Of a stretch of 64,000 nt of DNA, positions 1 to 10,056 are shown piece by piece; the stretch's first letter is position 1, and every line of letters begins with the position of its first letter. The notes under the pieces were generated by a model. That model searched no databases. It was not told the origin of the DNA and saw only the letters and a program-made list of their open reading frames with translations. Location of the stretch: contig OY969622.1 in assembly GCA_963701665.1 (NCBI GenBank), forward strand, positions 608,001 to 672,000, in the 5' to 3' direction. The DNA is from Candidatus Babeliales bacterium. Lineage in GTDB: Bacteria; Babelota; Babeliae; Babelales; JANWKD01. The position numbers were made by a program, and so were the translations under genes.

Positions 1-660
1 TTGGTACCAATCGCAGCTGAAAATGGTCACGCACTACATTTAAAAAAACTAATTGAATACGGATCTGATTGTGAAGATGCTGATAGAAGTGGTTATCCTC
101 CGCTTTGGTTAGCAGCATATAATGGACATATCCCTTGTATGGAGATTTTAATAGATTCTAAAGTGTCACCAAACGATGCAATAGATAGCTACGAAAATTC
201 ACCATTGCATGCGGCAGTATCTAATGGAAAGCGCGACGCAGTAGCATTTTTGATTGAAAAAGGAGCTGATGTTAATAAAAGAAATGCCAGTGGTGAGACA
301 CCTATTGTATACACAGCAGCAAGAGGAGATTTGCAAATGCTCGAATTATTGCTCGATAATAAGGCTTCAACTGAATCTCAAGGCCTTATAATGTTATTGG
401 GATCTTTAGAAAAAGGCCATCGTCAATTTGCAGAATTTTTACTTGAGAAAAAAATAAGTTCCGCAAATGATGTTGGTTTTTTAGATGAAACATCACAATC
501 GGTATTATCAGGCGCGATGCACTGCGGTTTGATCGATGCAGTACAATTTTTACTTGAACATGGTGCAGATGCGAATGATCCAAGTATTAGATTTGATGAA
601 GATACTGACCCAAAAATAATCGAGCTTATTGAAGAGGCAAAAGCAAAAAAACTGTCATGA
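1..660 (+). CDS. Ankyrin repeat protein (5' truncated by window)
   Basis: Repeated ankyrin motifs (PPLWLAAYNGH, SPLHAAVSNGK, GETPIVYTAARGD, LLEHGADAN). Confidence 0.9.
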   Translation: MVPIAAENGHALHLKKLIEYGSDCEDADRSGYPPLWLAAYNGHIPCMEILIDSKVSPNDAIDSYENSPLHAAVSNGKRDAVAFLIEKGADVNKRNASGETPIVYTAARGDLQMLELLLDNKASTESQGLIMLLGSLEKGHRQFAEFLLEKKISSANDVGFLDETSQSVLSGAMHCGLIDAVQFLLEHGADANDPSIRFDEDTDPKIIELIEEAKAKKLS

Positions 661-1829
661 AAAAATTATTTGTAGTTTTGTGTATATGTATGATGTTTTT
701 TCTGCATCTTGTTGGTATGAATCATGATAAAAAACAACGATGTAAAAAAGTTTTTGTAAAAGAAGAATTTAAGCCTACTATTCTTTTCCAGCCAAAGAGA
801 CTTGCAGTGTTGGTTGGTGAAAAAATTTATAATAAGCATTATAGAAATAAGTCTTCTTGCTCGCTTGATCTATTACGTACGTTGCCAGATGGGGCTGCAT
901 TATATATCGCAAATAACTCAAATGATCAAAAGGATACGTTACTGCATGTCATGGCAAGAGAAGGAAATGAGGCTGAGGTTGAGTACCTGTTAAAAATCAG
1001 TGTTGATCCAAAAGAAGACAATATACATCATGAAACACCACTTTTTTTAGCGGGAAAACATAGACATCTTGGAATTTTTAAGACTCTTTTTAGCGCAGGT
1101 GGGTATAGGTTTAAATATTTTGCTGCTCGAAATGATCCCATTAATTTTTTAGTATCTATGCCGAATAGAGAGGCTTTTCTATTTTTTAAATATGAAATCG
1201 CCGAAAAAGCGATGAAGGAACCATCCTTTCAAGAAAATGAATATCAAGATGATATCGAATTAAAATTTCCTTATACGTGGATTCGAAAAGCAGTGCGACG
1301 AAGAGGGCATTTTAATTTTCTCAAATACCTTTTTAATAAAAGGGATGAAGAGATGAATCAAGGATTTCTTTTACATAAAGCAGCTAAGCAAGGGTTAGAA
1401 GATCACTTGGCATTTTTAATAAAAAAGAATTTTTTTGTTATTAACGCAGAAAACTATATGGGGAGACCAGCAATTAATTCCGCGGTTAGGGGTGGTAGTA
1501 TTAATTGTATCGCACTTCTTTTATCACATGGTGCATTGTTGCAATCCAACAATATGGCGCATCCTCCTTTAACGGTTGCAGCGAGATCAGCCCAGCTTGG
1601 TATAGTTAAATATCTACTTGCCCATGGTGCTGATGTTAATGTTGAAGATGAATTAGGAAATGTGTCACTGTATTACGCTGTCCAAAAAAATGACGTTGAA
1701 ATGGTTAAAGAGTTATTTAGTTCACCGGTATTAGATATTACTCACTCTTCGATAGAATATGATGACGATACAGATCAAGAAATTATCAAACTCATTAAGC
1801 AGAAAAAGAAAAAAATTAAGTCAAAATAG
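657..1829 (+). CDS. Ankyrin repeat protein with N-terminal signal-like segment
   Basis: TLLHVMAREG, ETPLFLAGKH, PPLTVAARSAQLGIVKYLLAHGADVN; ATGA overlap with the upstream gene. Confidence 0.9.
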   Translation: MKKLFVVLCICMMFFLHLVGMNHDKKQRCKKVFVKEEFKPTILFQPKRLAVLVGEKIYNKHYRNKSSCSLDLLRTLPDGAALYIANNSNDQKDTLLHVMAREGNEAEVEYLLKISVDPKEDNIHHETPLFLAGKHRHLGIFKTLFSAGGYRFKYFAARNDPINFLVSMPNREAFLFFKYEIAEKAMKEPSFQENEYQDDIELKFPYTWIRKAVRRRGHFNFLKYLFNKRDEEMNQGFLLHKAAKQGLEDHLAFLIKKNFFVINAENYMGRPAINSAVRGGSINCIALLLSHGALLQSNNMAHPPLTVAARSAQLGIVKYLLAHGADVNVEDELGNVSLYYAVQKNDVEMVKELFSSPVLDITHSSIEYDDDTDQEIIKLIKQKKKKIKSK

Positions 1830-1865
1830 TTTGCATTAATAAGGTTGTTTATCAAAAAGATTATT

Positions 1866-1926
1866 ATGAAAAATATCTTATTGTTGGCATCAAAATCAGC
1901 CTCGCGTCAAAAAATTCTTCAAGAAG
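1866..1926 (+). pseudogene. Truncated duplicate of the first ~20 codons of the maf gene at 2575
   Basis: 61 bp matching 2575-2635 with one mismatch, followed by a stop. Confidence 0.85.
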
Positions 1927-1974
1927 TAAGTATTGTTTTTGTTCAAATTGTTATTAAGGAAAGAATATAAAACA

Positions 1975-2502
1975 ATGACTCATATTAGCAAAAAAAATAT
2001 GGATGCCGATGAAGTTATTTCTGTATTAAAGCTATTTGAGAAACATAATATAACTGTTTTTATTGATGGTGGATGGGGCGTAGATGCTTTACTTGGGGAA
2101 CAAACACGGTTGCACAGTGACTTAGATATTGCATTAGAACATAAAGATGTTCCAAAACTTCGTCAATTGCTCAGTGAAAGAGGATATAGCGAAATATTGC
2201 GAGATGATACTCGCGAATGCAATTTCGTCTTGTGCGACAAAAGGGGCCATGAAATAGATATCCATTCTTATACTTTTGATGCCTCTGGTAATATAATTTT
2301 TGGCGTTCCATATCCATTTGATTCACTATCGGGAACAGGAAAGATAAATAATTATACTGTAAAATGCATATCGGCTGAATGGATGGTAAAATTTCATACG
2401 GGTTATGAATTAGATGAAAATGATTATCATGATGTGCTTGCCCTTTGTAATAAGTTTAACATTGAAATTCCCCAAGAGTATAATAAATTTAGATCTAAAT
2501 AG
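1975..2502 (+). CDS. Lincosamide nucleotidyltransferase-like protein (Lnu(C)/Lnu(A) family)
   Basis: IDGGWGVDALLG..R.HSDLDI motif and FHTGYELDENDYHDV..LC..FNIEIP.EY tail typical of Lnu(C)-type enzymes; ATG 1975 has an upstream AAGGA. Confidence 0.75.
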   Translation: MTHISKKNMDADEVISVLKLFEKHNITVFIDGGWGVDALLGEQTRLHSDLDIALEHKDVPKLRQLLSERGYSEILRDDTRECNFVLCDKRGHEIDIHSYTFDASGNIIFGVPYPFDSLSGTGKINNYTVKCISAEWMVKFHTGYELDENDYHDVLALCNKFNIEIPQEYNKFRSK

Positions 2503-2578
2503 CGTTAAATTTGGTGAAGATACAGACTCAAAAATAATCAAATTGATTAACGAAGAAAAAGCAAAAAAACTGTCATGA
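2501..2578 (+). pseudogene. Remnant 3' end of an ankyrin-gene paralog
   Basis: Translates SVKFGEDTDSKIIKLINEEKAKKLS*, against SIRFDEDTDPKIIELIEEAKAKKLS* at the end of gene 1-660. Confidence 0.8.
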
Positions 2579-3186
2579 AAAATATCTTATTGTTGGCATC
2601 AAAATCAGCATCGCGTCAAAAAATTCTTCAAGAAGCCGACATTCCTTTCAAAGTAATTGAACAAGATGCTGATGAAGAGCAATGTGATCGGACGCTTCCT
2701 TTTGCACAACTGCTGGCGGCAATCGCCGTGCACAAAATGAATCACGCGCGTGTTTCACCGGCAAGCGAGGGCGAACACTGTTTTGTACTCACCGTCGATA
2801 CCATGGTGCTGACACACGAGGGAACTGTTTTAGGAAAACCGCGCGACAAAGAAACAGCGCGTGCCATGATACAAGCTTCCAGGCGAGGGGGCATCGTAGC
2901 GAGTGCATTTTGTTTAGATAAAAAAATCTTTAAAAATAACGCGTGGATTCTTGAAACGCGCAAACAACGATGCGTGCGCGCTTCATTTGAACTTGATATG
3001 CCTGACGCGTGGATTGAGCATTATTTGGATGTGCAAGATGATTACACAACCATTGCGGGCGGTCTTAGCATTGAAGGCTATGGCATGCAATTCTTAACAA
3101 CTGTTCATGGTTCTTATTCAACGGCACTCGGATTGCCGATCTATGAATTACGTGAAGATCTTGAATCACTCGGTTTTTTTGAATGA
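2575..3186 (+). CDS. maf: Maf-family nucleoside triphosphate pyrophosphatase
   Basis: LLLASKS..R..IL, VDT, LGKP, GSY...LGLP motifs. Confidence 0.85.
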   Translation: MKNILLLASKSASRQKILQEADIPFKVIEQDADEEQCDRTLPFAQLLAAIAVHKMNHARVSPASEGEHCFVLTVDTMVLTHEGTVLGKPRDKETARAMIQASRRGGIVASAFCLDKKIFKNNAWILETRKQRCVRASFELDMPDAWIEHYLDVQDDYTTIAGGLSIEGYGMQFLTTVHGSYSTALGLPIYELREDLESLGFFE

Positions 3187-4098
3187 ATCCCATAAAAATT
3201 TCATGCGCACGACGGCATGATCCGAGAAATACTTATCGTTGGTAGGGTTTACGTGACGCAGCAATTTTTTGTAATCTTCGGGATATATAGAGAGTTTTTG
3301 TGGTGTAAGCTGGCGACTATCAAAAAAAATGAAGTCATTCAAATTAAAATTTTTTTCGCCGCTTGTTGATGTTGGTTGTACATGATAATCAGCATTACTT
3401 TTCATGCCTCTAAAATAGTGCTTCAGGGTGTGGTAACGATCTTTATCGAGAACCGATGTTCCTTTAAGCACGGTGTAATTGAAATCCCCACAGATGACCC
3501 ACGTATAACTTTTTGAGTAACATTTCATTTTTGCATGTATAATCTCAAATGCTTCAGGCATTTCTTGCGATCGTTTGAAGGGTATGTGTGCATTAATAAC
3601 ACCAAGATGTTTTTTTCCTCCTTTATAGGAAATAAGGGTAGTGAGTATTTTCTTGTTGGGCGTCAAGGTATAAAATTCATACGATTCGAGCGTAAATTTA
3701 TTTTTATTAATGAGCGTTAAAACGCCATCTTTTTGTGCACAACTATCCATGACATAGTAATAATCGGCGGGAGGAAAAGCTCTCTTTAATGCCGTCATAA
3801 AAGATCGTGGTTGTATGGTTGCCGTGTCTTCAAAATACTCTTTTTTGGTTATGGCAGCATTATCGATGATGAGCTTATCCATTTCAAATTGAGATCGTAA
3901 TATGCCTGGATGATAGGGCCATTCTTGAAAGCAGAGAATGTCAGCATCAAGAAGCGCTGCCTGATCCCGCAATGCTTTTCTAAAATAGGTACAACGTTCT
4001 TTAACGGCAATGGGGTTTGAAGTGACGTATTGAATATAATAGGCTTGGTATAAAACGTTACATGTTGCGATAGAGAAACTAATAAAATCTGATTTCAT
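3166..4098 (-). CDS. Endonuclease/exonuclease/phosphatase (EEP) family protein
   Basis: ATCNV, DILCFQE, NAH, ICGDFN, D.IF, SDH motifs. Confidence 0.85.
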   Translation of the reverse strand: MKSDFISFSIATCNVLYQAYYIQYVTSNPIAVKERCTYFRKALRDQAALLDADILCFQEWPYHPGILRSQFEMDKLIIDNAAITKKEYFEDTATIQPRSFMTALKRAFPPADYYYVMDSCAQKDGVLTLINKNKFTLESYEFYTLTPNKKILTTLISYKGGKKHLGVINAHIPFKRSQEMPEAFEIIHAKMKCYSKSYTWVICGDFNYTVLKGTSVLDKDRYHTLKHYFRGMKSNADYHVQPTSTSGEKNFNLNDFIFFDSRQLTPQKLSIYPEDYKKLLRHVNPTNDKYFSDHAVVRMKFLWDSFKKTE

Positions 4099-4184
4099 TA
4101 AAATCCTTATCAGCGCTTTTGGGTTAAAATTATAATTTATTGTATACTACTCTTAAAACAACCTTATTTTCTAGATTGTATATA

Positions 4185-4793
4185 ATGAATAATATTTTAT
4201 TGCTTGCATCCAAATCTAAGTCACGCCGTTTTTTGCTCTCTCAAGCAGAAATTCCTTATGTGTTACTCGATCAAGAAGCTGATGAAAAACAGTGTGACTG
4301 GGGTATGCATTTACAAAAATTGGTTGAATCGATTGCGTTGCATAAAATGGCACAAATTGCCATGCCGCATGCAACGGATGAAAAGCAGTTATTTGTGTTA
4401 ACGGCAGATACCTTAACACAAAACTCGCGCGGTGATTTATTAGGAAAACCTCAATCGCGTGATGATGCTATGGCAATGTTACGTTCATTACGCGAAGGCC
4501 CTGCGCGCGTGGGAACCGCGTTTTGTCTTGATAAGAAAGTATTTAAATACGATCAATGGCAAACGAGTGCACGCAACGTTGTATTCGTTGACGCTCGCTG
4601 CGATTTTAAGGTTCCCGAACATTGGGTCGAGCGTTATCTCAATAATTCGCACGCATTGAACTGTTCTGGCTCAATGGCAATTGATGATTATGGTGCGCAA
4701 TTCTTGCATACCATTCAAGGTTCTTATACCACCATTCTTGGCTTGCCGATGAGCCAACTCCGGAATGCATTAGAAGAGATGGGATTCTTTTAA
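4185..4793 (+). CDS. maf: Maf-family pyrophosphatase, second paralog
   Basis: LLLASKSKSRR, ADT, LGKP, GSYTTILGLP. Confidence 0.85.
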   Translation: MNNILLLASKSKSRRFLLSQAEIPYVLLDQEADEKQCDWGMHLQKLVESIALHKMAQIAMPHATDEKQLFVLTADTLTQNSRGDLLGKPQSRDDAMAMLRSLREGPARVGTAFCLDKKVFKYDQWQTSARNVVFVDARCDFKVPEHWVERYLNNSHALNCSGSMAIDDYGAQFLHTIQGSYTTILGLPMSQLRNALEEMGFF

Positions 4794-4899
4794 TACTCTC
4801 TCTGGTCAGTTTGCAATACTATTGCCTTGATTATTCTACTTGAATTATACTTTTAATTGAGCTTTATAAATAAGTATTTTTAAAAAGTATAGGTGATGT

Positions 4900-5244
4900 A
4901 TGAATATCAAAAAATCTCTTAGCTTTTTGGGTGTTCTTTTAGCGATAGCTTTTTGTATCTTTGGTGAATCAATCAAAGAGCGATTGTTTGGAAAATCAGC
5001 TCCTAAACAAGAAGCAGTAATGGAATGTATGTGCTATTGCTCAGAAATTTGTGCTCCTCGTGTTCCCGATAAACCAGGCGATAACCCTTTCGTTGATCCA
5101 GAAACAGGTATTTGTTTTTGCCAAGAGCGCGATAGGGTAAATTATGAAAATAATAGTTGCTATACACAAAATAATGCAAAAATATTTAATAGCTGCTGTG
5201 ATCAGATGAAAAATCAACCAATTAACATACAACCCGTAAAATAA
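4900..5244 (+). CDS. Cys-rich exported hypothetical protein
   Basis: N-terminal hydrophobic segment, many Cys, RBS-like AGGTG upstream. Confidence 0.6.
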   Translation: MNIKKSLSFLGVLLAIAFCIFGESIKERLFGKSAPKQEAVMECMCYCSEICAPRVPDKPGDNPFVDPETGICFCQERDRVNYENNSCYTQNNAKIFNSCCDQMKNQPINIQPVK

Positions 5245-5278
5245 TAACCGAATGGAATGATCAAAAAAAGGAGTCCCA

Positions 5279-5509
5279 ATGGCAAGATACGGTAAGGCAT
5301 CTCAAAAATCGGTAAAACGAGCAGTGCGTAAATATAAAAAAGGTACATTAGAAAGTGGCAGAAGCGGCAAAAAAGTTAAAAGCAGAAAACAAGCTATTGC
5401 AATAGGACTTGCAGAAGCGCGCGCAAAAGGTGTGAAAGTGCCAAAAAAAGCAATAAAGGCCACAAAAAAAAGAAAAACTACAAAAAGATCTAAAAAATCT
5501 AAGAAATAA
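5279..5509 (+). CDS. Small basic DUF6496-like protein
   Basis: KKGTLESGRSGKKVKSRKQAIAIGLAEAR motif; AAGGAG RBS. Confidence 0.75.
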   Translation: MARYGKASQKSVKRAVRKYKKGTLESGRSGKKVKSRKQAIAIGLAEARAKGVKVPKKAIKATKKRKTTKRSKKSKK

Positions 5510-5652
5510 TGCTAAATTTTTTTAAGAGCGTTTTAAAGCCGCCCTTTTTAGAGAATCTCACAGTTTATTCTTAATAGAGCAATTCATTGACCACACATAA
5601 GGCTCATGGTACCATGCAATAAAATTTATTTTTATAAAAGAGGCGTGTTGGT

Positions 5653-6042
5653 ATGAAAAATATAAAAAGTTTTGTGATAATATTTTCATTGTTCTTGGTT
5701 GAGTGTTCTTATATGAATGCTATGGATTATGAAACACAAAAAATTATGGTGCTTCTTACTCCTTGGATAGAGAGAAAAGAACTTGCATTACAATACATGG
5801 ATGAGGCAATACAATCAAACAGCGTCAAAAAAGTTGAAGAAACTATTCAAAAAATCAAAGTAATAACAATCTTTAATCCTGAAACAAAAATTATAGATCT
5901 TCAAGTTGGTCAATTATCTGATAGTATAGAATATTCATTATTTATGAGATGGCTTGATTTAGCAAATAATACTGAAGAACCGCAAAAAAAAGCTGATTCA
6001 ATAGCAAAAAATTCATCGAGCTGGTGGTGTTCTTTGCAATAA
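5653..6042 (+). CDS. Exported hypothetical protein ending in a CaaX-like motif
   Basis: Signal-like N-terminus; C-terminus WWCSLQ. Confidence 0.6.
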   Translation: MKNIKSFVIIFSLFLVECSYMNAMDYETQKIMVLLTPWIERKELALQYMDEAIQSNSVKKVEETIQKIKVITIFNPETKIIDLQVGQLSDSIEYSLFMRWLDLANNTEEPQKKADSIAKNSSSWWCSLQ

Positions 6043-6064
6043 ATTTAATTCAAGTAATTATGGT

Positions 6065-6094
6065 AGAGCTCTTTTTTCAAAGAGCTCTTTTTTT
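6065..6094. terminator. Probable intrinsic terminator between convergent genes
   Basis: AGAGCTCTTT...AAAGAGCTCT hairpin followed by a T-run. Confidence 0.55.
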
Positions 6095-6096
6095 CT

Positions 6097-6564
6097 TTAA
6101 TTCAAAACACTTTTTTTATCAGGTTTCCACTGTTTTAAAATTTCTTTTAAAAGCGCATCTTGCAAAGATTCTTTTGATGAATCTTCATCAAGTTTTGAAC
6201 TTGCTTTTACAAGACTTGATTCAACCATTTCATTGGTACAAATGGTGGCATCGAGATGATTAAGCGCCGGAATTAAATTTCTTTCTACAGTCTTTTTTAC
6301 CCCAAGCTCATTTGTTGTTTCATGAAGAAGTATATCAAGCAAACTTAAAAAATCAGCGATGCTATTTTGAATATGTGCATCTGAAGTTTGTAATTCGATA
6401 GTGTCATCAGTTTTTTCAATTGAATCACGAAACCCTTGGCGTACGGCACGTGCAATAATTTTCTTTAAGGCTTCAGCTTCATGATCAACAAGCCATTGGA
6501 GCAAATACAAAAGCTCATAGGAGAGTACAAATTGTCCGTTATTAGTATTAAATGAATCAGGCAT
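6097..6564 (-). CDS. Hypothetical protein
   Basis: 155-aa ORF with GGAGG RBS, downstream of htpX. Confidence 0.7.
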   Translation of the reverse strand: MPDSFNTNNGQFVLSYELLYLLQWLVDHEAEALKKIIARAVRQGFRDSIEKTDDTIELQTSDAHIQNSIADFLSLLDILLHETTNELGVKKTVERNLIPALNHLDATICTNEMVESSLVKASSKLDEDSSKESLQDALLKEILKQWKPDKKSVLN

Positions 6565-6575
6565 GCTTTACCTCC

Positions 6576-7460
6576 TTAATAGTGTTTGTTTAACATTTTT
6601 CGTAATCGTTCAACACGCTGTTGTACCGGTGGATGTGTGGAAAATAAATTACTCCACTGCATTGTGGTAAATGGATTGACGATAAATAATGAAGCAGTAG
6701 CAGCTTTAGCTGGTTCTTTTTGTGCATCAAAATGCTCACGTTGTACGTTGGTCTGTAATTTTTCTAGTGCTGATGCGAGCGCAAGGGGTTCGCGCGAATA
6801 ATGTGCACCCGATTCGTCAGCCATAAACTCTCGGGACCTAGAGATGGCAAATTGAATGAGTGCAGCAGCAATAGGCATAAGCACGGCAACAATAATCATA
6901 ACGATCGGATTGCTCCCTCTTTTATTTGAGCGAGAGTTGCTGAGGGTACCCCAAAATGCTGCGTGTTGCATCATATTTGCTAAATAGCCAATAGCAGTTG
7001 CCATGGTTGCAGCAATAGTGCTGATCAGAACATCTCTATTTTTAATATGCGATAATTCGTGTGATAAAACACCGCGCAATTCATCTTCATTTAAGATGCC
7101 CAAAATTCCTGTGGTGAGCGCAACAGAAGCATGGCTAGGGTTTCTACCTGTTGCAAATGCATTGGCAACGGGAGTAGGTACAAGCCATAATTTAGGCATT
7201 GGGATGTTCATGGTATGGGTGAGTTCTTGTACCATCGCATAAATATAGGAATATTTCGTAGCATCAAGCGGCTGCGCGCGATACATTGATAACACAATTT
7301 TTTCTGAAAAAAAATAGGTTATAAAATTCATAATAAGCGAGAGAACGAGTGCAATTTTCAATCCTTGAGCACCGCCGAATAAGCTGCCGAGTGCAAGGAG
7401 GATGCCGCTCATTAAAGCAAGCAACATAACTGTTTTAAAGGTATTGAGTATCATAGGCAA
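6576..7460 (-). CDS. htpX: Zinc metalloprotease HtpX (M48)
   Basis: NAFATG, HELSH, SRSREFMAD, FSTHPP motifs. Confidence 0.95.
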   Translation of the reverse strand: MPMILNTFKTVMLLALMSGILLALGSLFGGAQGLKIALVLSLIMNFITYFFSEKIVLSMYRAQPLDATKYSYIYAMVQELTHTMNIPMPKLWLVPTPVANAFATGRNPSHASVALTTGILGILNEDELRGVLSHELSHIKNRDVLISTIAATMATAIGYLANMMQHAAFWGTLSNSRSNKRGSNPIVMIIVAVLMPIAAALIQFAISRSREFMADESGAHYSREPLALASALEKLQTNVQREHFDAQKEPAKAATASLFIVNPFTTMQWSNLFSTHPPVQQRVERLRKMLNKHY

Positions 7461-7472
7461 CCTCTTAAGTAA

Positions 7473-7937
7473 CTATTCATCATAATCTATTTTCCATTGA
7501 ACAAGATCAACAGTTTCGTCCAATGGCGTATTTGTTTCTTGGTTTCTTGCATGTATTTTTTGTAACATTGGTGTTTGTTTCATATACATTAATTTTTTAG
7601 CATTTTCTTGTGCATTTATTTTGCAAACCATGCTTTCTTTAGTAAGTGCATCATTAACATCGTCAAATACAAGGTTCATCTGTTTTTGCAATTTTTGTAC
7701 TTTTTTTTGTAATTTTAATATCATTTCCACTCCTGCCAAGTTAATGCCAAGTTGATGGGTTAAGTAGATAATTTCTTCCAGTCTATTAACATCCTCTTCA
7801 GAAAAAAGACGTGTATTACCCTCAGATCGTTTTGGGGTAATAAGACCTTCTTTTTCATAGAGCCGAATAGTCTGTTGGTGTACTGAAAACATTTCAGCAA
7901 CAGCCGATATTGAAAAATATCCTTTTTTTCTTTTCAT
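7473..7937 (-). CDS. hspR: MerR-family heat-shock repressor HspR
   Basis: ISAVAEMFSVHQQTIRLYEKEGLITPKRSEGNTRLFS...LGINLAGV. Confidence 0.85.
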   Translation of the reverse strand: MKRKKGYFSISAVAEMFSVHQQTIRLYEKEGLITPKRSEGNTRLFSEEDVNRLEEIIYLTHQLGINLAGVEMILKLQKKVQKLQKQMNLVFDDVNDALTKESMVCKINAQENAKKLMYMKQTPMLQKIHARNQETNTPLDETVDLVQWKIDYDE

Positions 7938-8222
7938 AGGTTTTTCCCGTTATGAACAAGTATCTACCTTTATTGGTAGTATGCGCATAAAGCTACTCTA
8001 TTTTACCACAATTTTTTAAAGAAAGCATTGCATTCGTATGGCCTATCATCAATATTTATTCCATAAAATTTCAATCTGAAATTTTGAGGGTTGGTTTTTA
8101 ATTTTTCAATATTCTTGTATTTAAAGAATACTGTTTGATAAGAAATAAAATAGCCAATGTATGCTCTACCTTCATTGACTATTTGTATGAAATAATAGGT
8201 TCACAAGGATAAGGAAAGTCTC

Positions 8223-10040
8223 ATGAACATAAGAATGATAGGTGTTTTCCTGGTATGGCTTTTACCTTGCTTTGGTATGGTACATAATTCAGAAATCAAA
8301 AAAGATCTGGCTGTTCTTACCCAGAAATTACAAGCTTTGGGCCTCAATAAAGAAGAAAGAAAAGGAACTGTCAGATTTACTTCTGAGACCTTGGCAAGTT
8401 TAAAAGATTTTGCTCAACGACATGGCATTAGCGACCTTAATGAGGCATTAAGATTAGCCCTATCAGGGGCGGGTGAAGCGACCGGAGGCCCAGGACCTAT
8501 ACCGAGCTTTCAACCTGTGCCAACCCTAGGCCCTGTGATGCCACCTCCGCCTCCTCCGCCAGCTCCTCCTGTAGCAGAAGTTAAAACTGGGCCCCCAGTG
8601 CTTTCGGCTATAGAAGAAATTGTTGCCGGTGGCAAGAAGCTTAGTCATGTTGGTGGTGAGAAAAAAGAGTATTCCAAAGAAGAAAAACTAATTTCTGATA
8701 CAGAATTTTTGAAAGCATTTGATGCCAACACATTTGAAGAGCTCCTGGATAATATAAGGAATCTACGGGCTGATCCAAAGTATTTAAAAAAAGAGTCGAT
8801 TAAAGAACCAATAAGGCTAGACCAACCGATAAATCTTGATTTAAATGAGATGCTGACGATGAGCAGAACTCTTTTAGCTCTGCTTGAAAAAAAAAATAAA
8901 GTTTCCCTTAAACAGATTAATCATGGCTATCTAAAGAGTTATATGTTTGATCCTTCATTGTTTGACGAAGGGTATTTTGAAAAACTGAATAATTTGGTTG
9001 GTGCTGAATCCGTCAGCCCAAAAAAAACGGAAGTTGCTTATAGTGCGTTTAAAGAAATTATGCGTGAACTTATTAATGAAGCGCCTAATCTAGATTATCT
9101 TTTAGATGTCATTAAAAATCTGCCTTCTAATCAGAAAAGGATTGTTGTACCCCTTGAAAAAGCTAAATTTTTGACATTGGAGGGAAAGGATTTTAATACT
9201 TTTGAAGCTTTGAAAAATTATAGCAATGCTGGGCGAGATGAAAACTTTGTTAAGGAACTAAAAAAGATTGTAAAAGGGTATGAACAAGAAGAAGAAAAAA
9301 TAGATACACTTTTAGCCAATTATTTAGTCTATGTTAAGTTTGATAGTGCTGTTATGAATATCTTTAGAGATAAAGGAATAACGTCAAGTCGCGAAGTTTA
9401 CGATGCGCTTCAGGAACTGAATGTTGATGAAAAATATGATAAAGCGGTTATACAACCTTTACTAAAAAAACTTACGGCATTGAAACGTACTCCTCAAAAA
9501 ATTTATCTTCTGTTAAAACAACGTATAAAACATTCACATCTTGTTGAAAATATAGAACAGGATATTAGAAAAAAAATAGAACCATATGGATTATTAGTAA
9601 TGTTGCTGAAATTTTTCAATAAATATTTTGCAAACAATAATGATCCTCAATTTCGTCTGATATGTGTAAAAGCGCTGAAAACAGCACTTTCAGATTTACA
9701 TGAGCATGGTAGCTTTATTAACGTAATTAAAAAAATGAAAAAGAAATTAAATAAAGGGAATGAGACTCTCAATAGGAATATTATTGCGATGAGTGATGAT
9801 TTTCAGAAATTTCTAAAAAAGACATCGGGTAATAAAGAGAGCTATAAAAAAGGGACTATTAATCCAATGTTAAATTATTTGATTCCTGAAGCTCTTAATG
9901 CACTTAATGAAGCTAAATCAGATGCTTTTACTAACGCCGTCGGTGGTTTTATTGCCAACGCTAAAATGCCTGGATTGCTGGAAAAATATAATGCTTTTGC
10001 TGCACTATTTGATAAGAATTTAGCAAAGGCGTTTGCATAA
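8223..10040 (+). CDS. Exported hypothetical protein with a polyproline tract and a WH2-like segment
   Basis: 605-aa ORF; signal-like start; PPPPPPPAPP followed by LSAIEEIVAGGKKLSHV. Confidence 0.7.
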   Translation: MNIRMIGVFLVWLLPCFGMVHNSEIKKDLAVLTQKLQALGLNKEERKGTVRFTSETLASLKDFAQRHGISDLNEALRLALSGAGEATGGPGPIPSFQPVPTLGPVMPPPPPPPAPPVAEVKTGPPVLSAIEEIVAGGKKLSHVGGEKKEYSKEEKLISDTEFLKAFDANTFEELLDNIRNLRADPKYLKKESIKEPIRLDQPINLDLNEMLTMSRTLLALLEKKNKVSLKQINHGYLKSYMFDPSLFDEGYFEKLNNLVGAESVSPKKTEVAYSAFKEIMRELINEAPNLDYLLDVIKNLPSNQKRIVVPLEKAKFLTLEGKDFNTFEALKNYSNAGRDENFVKELKKIVKGYEQEEEKIDTLLANYLVYVKFDSAVMNIFRDKGITSSREVYDALQELNVDEKYDKAVIQPLLKKLTALKRTPQKIYLLLKQRIKHSHLVENIEQDIRKKIEPYGLLVMLLKFFNKYFANNNDPQFRLICVKALKTALSDLHEHGSFINVIKKMKKKLNKGNETLNRNIIAMSDDFQKFLKKTSGNKESYKKGTINPMLNYLIPEALNALNEAKSDAFTNAVGGFIANAKMPGLLEKYNAFAALFDKNLAKAFA

Positions 10041-10056
10041 GGGAGAACCGGGTATT

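Noticed and set aside
7938..8222. HAIR operator (CTTGAGT-N7-ACTCAAG) upstream of hspR
   Set aside because: No convincing match found by eye
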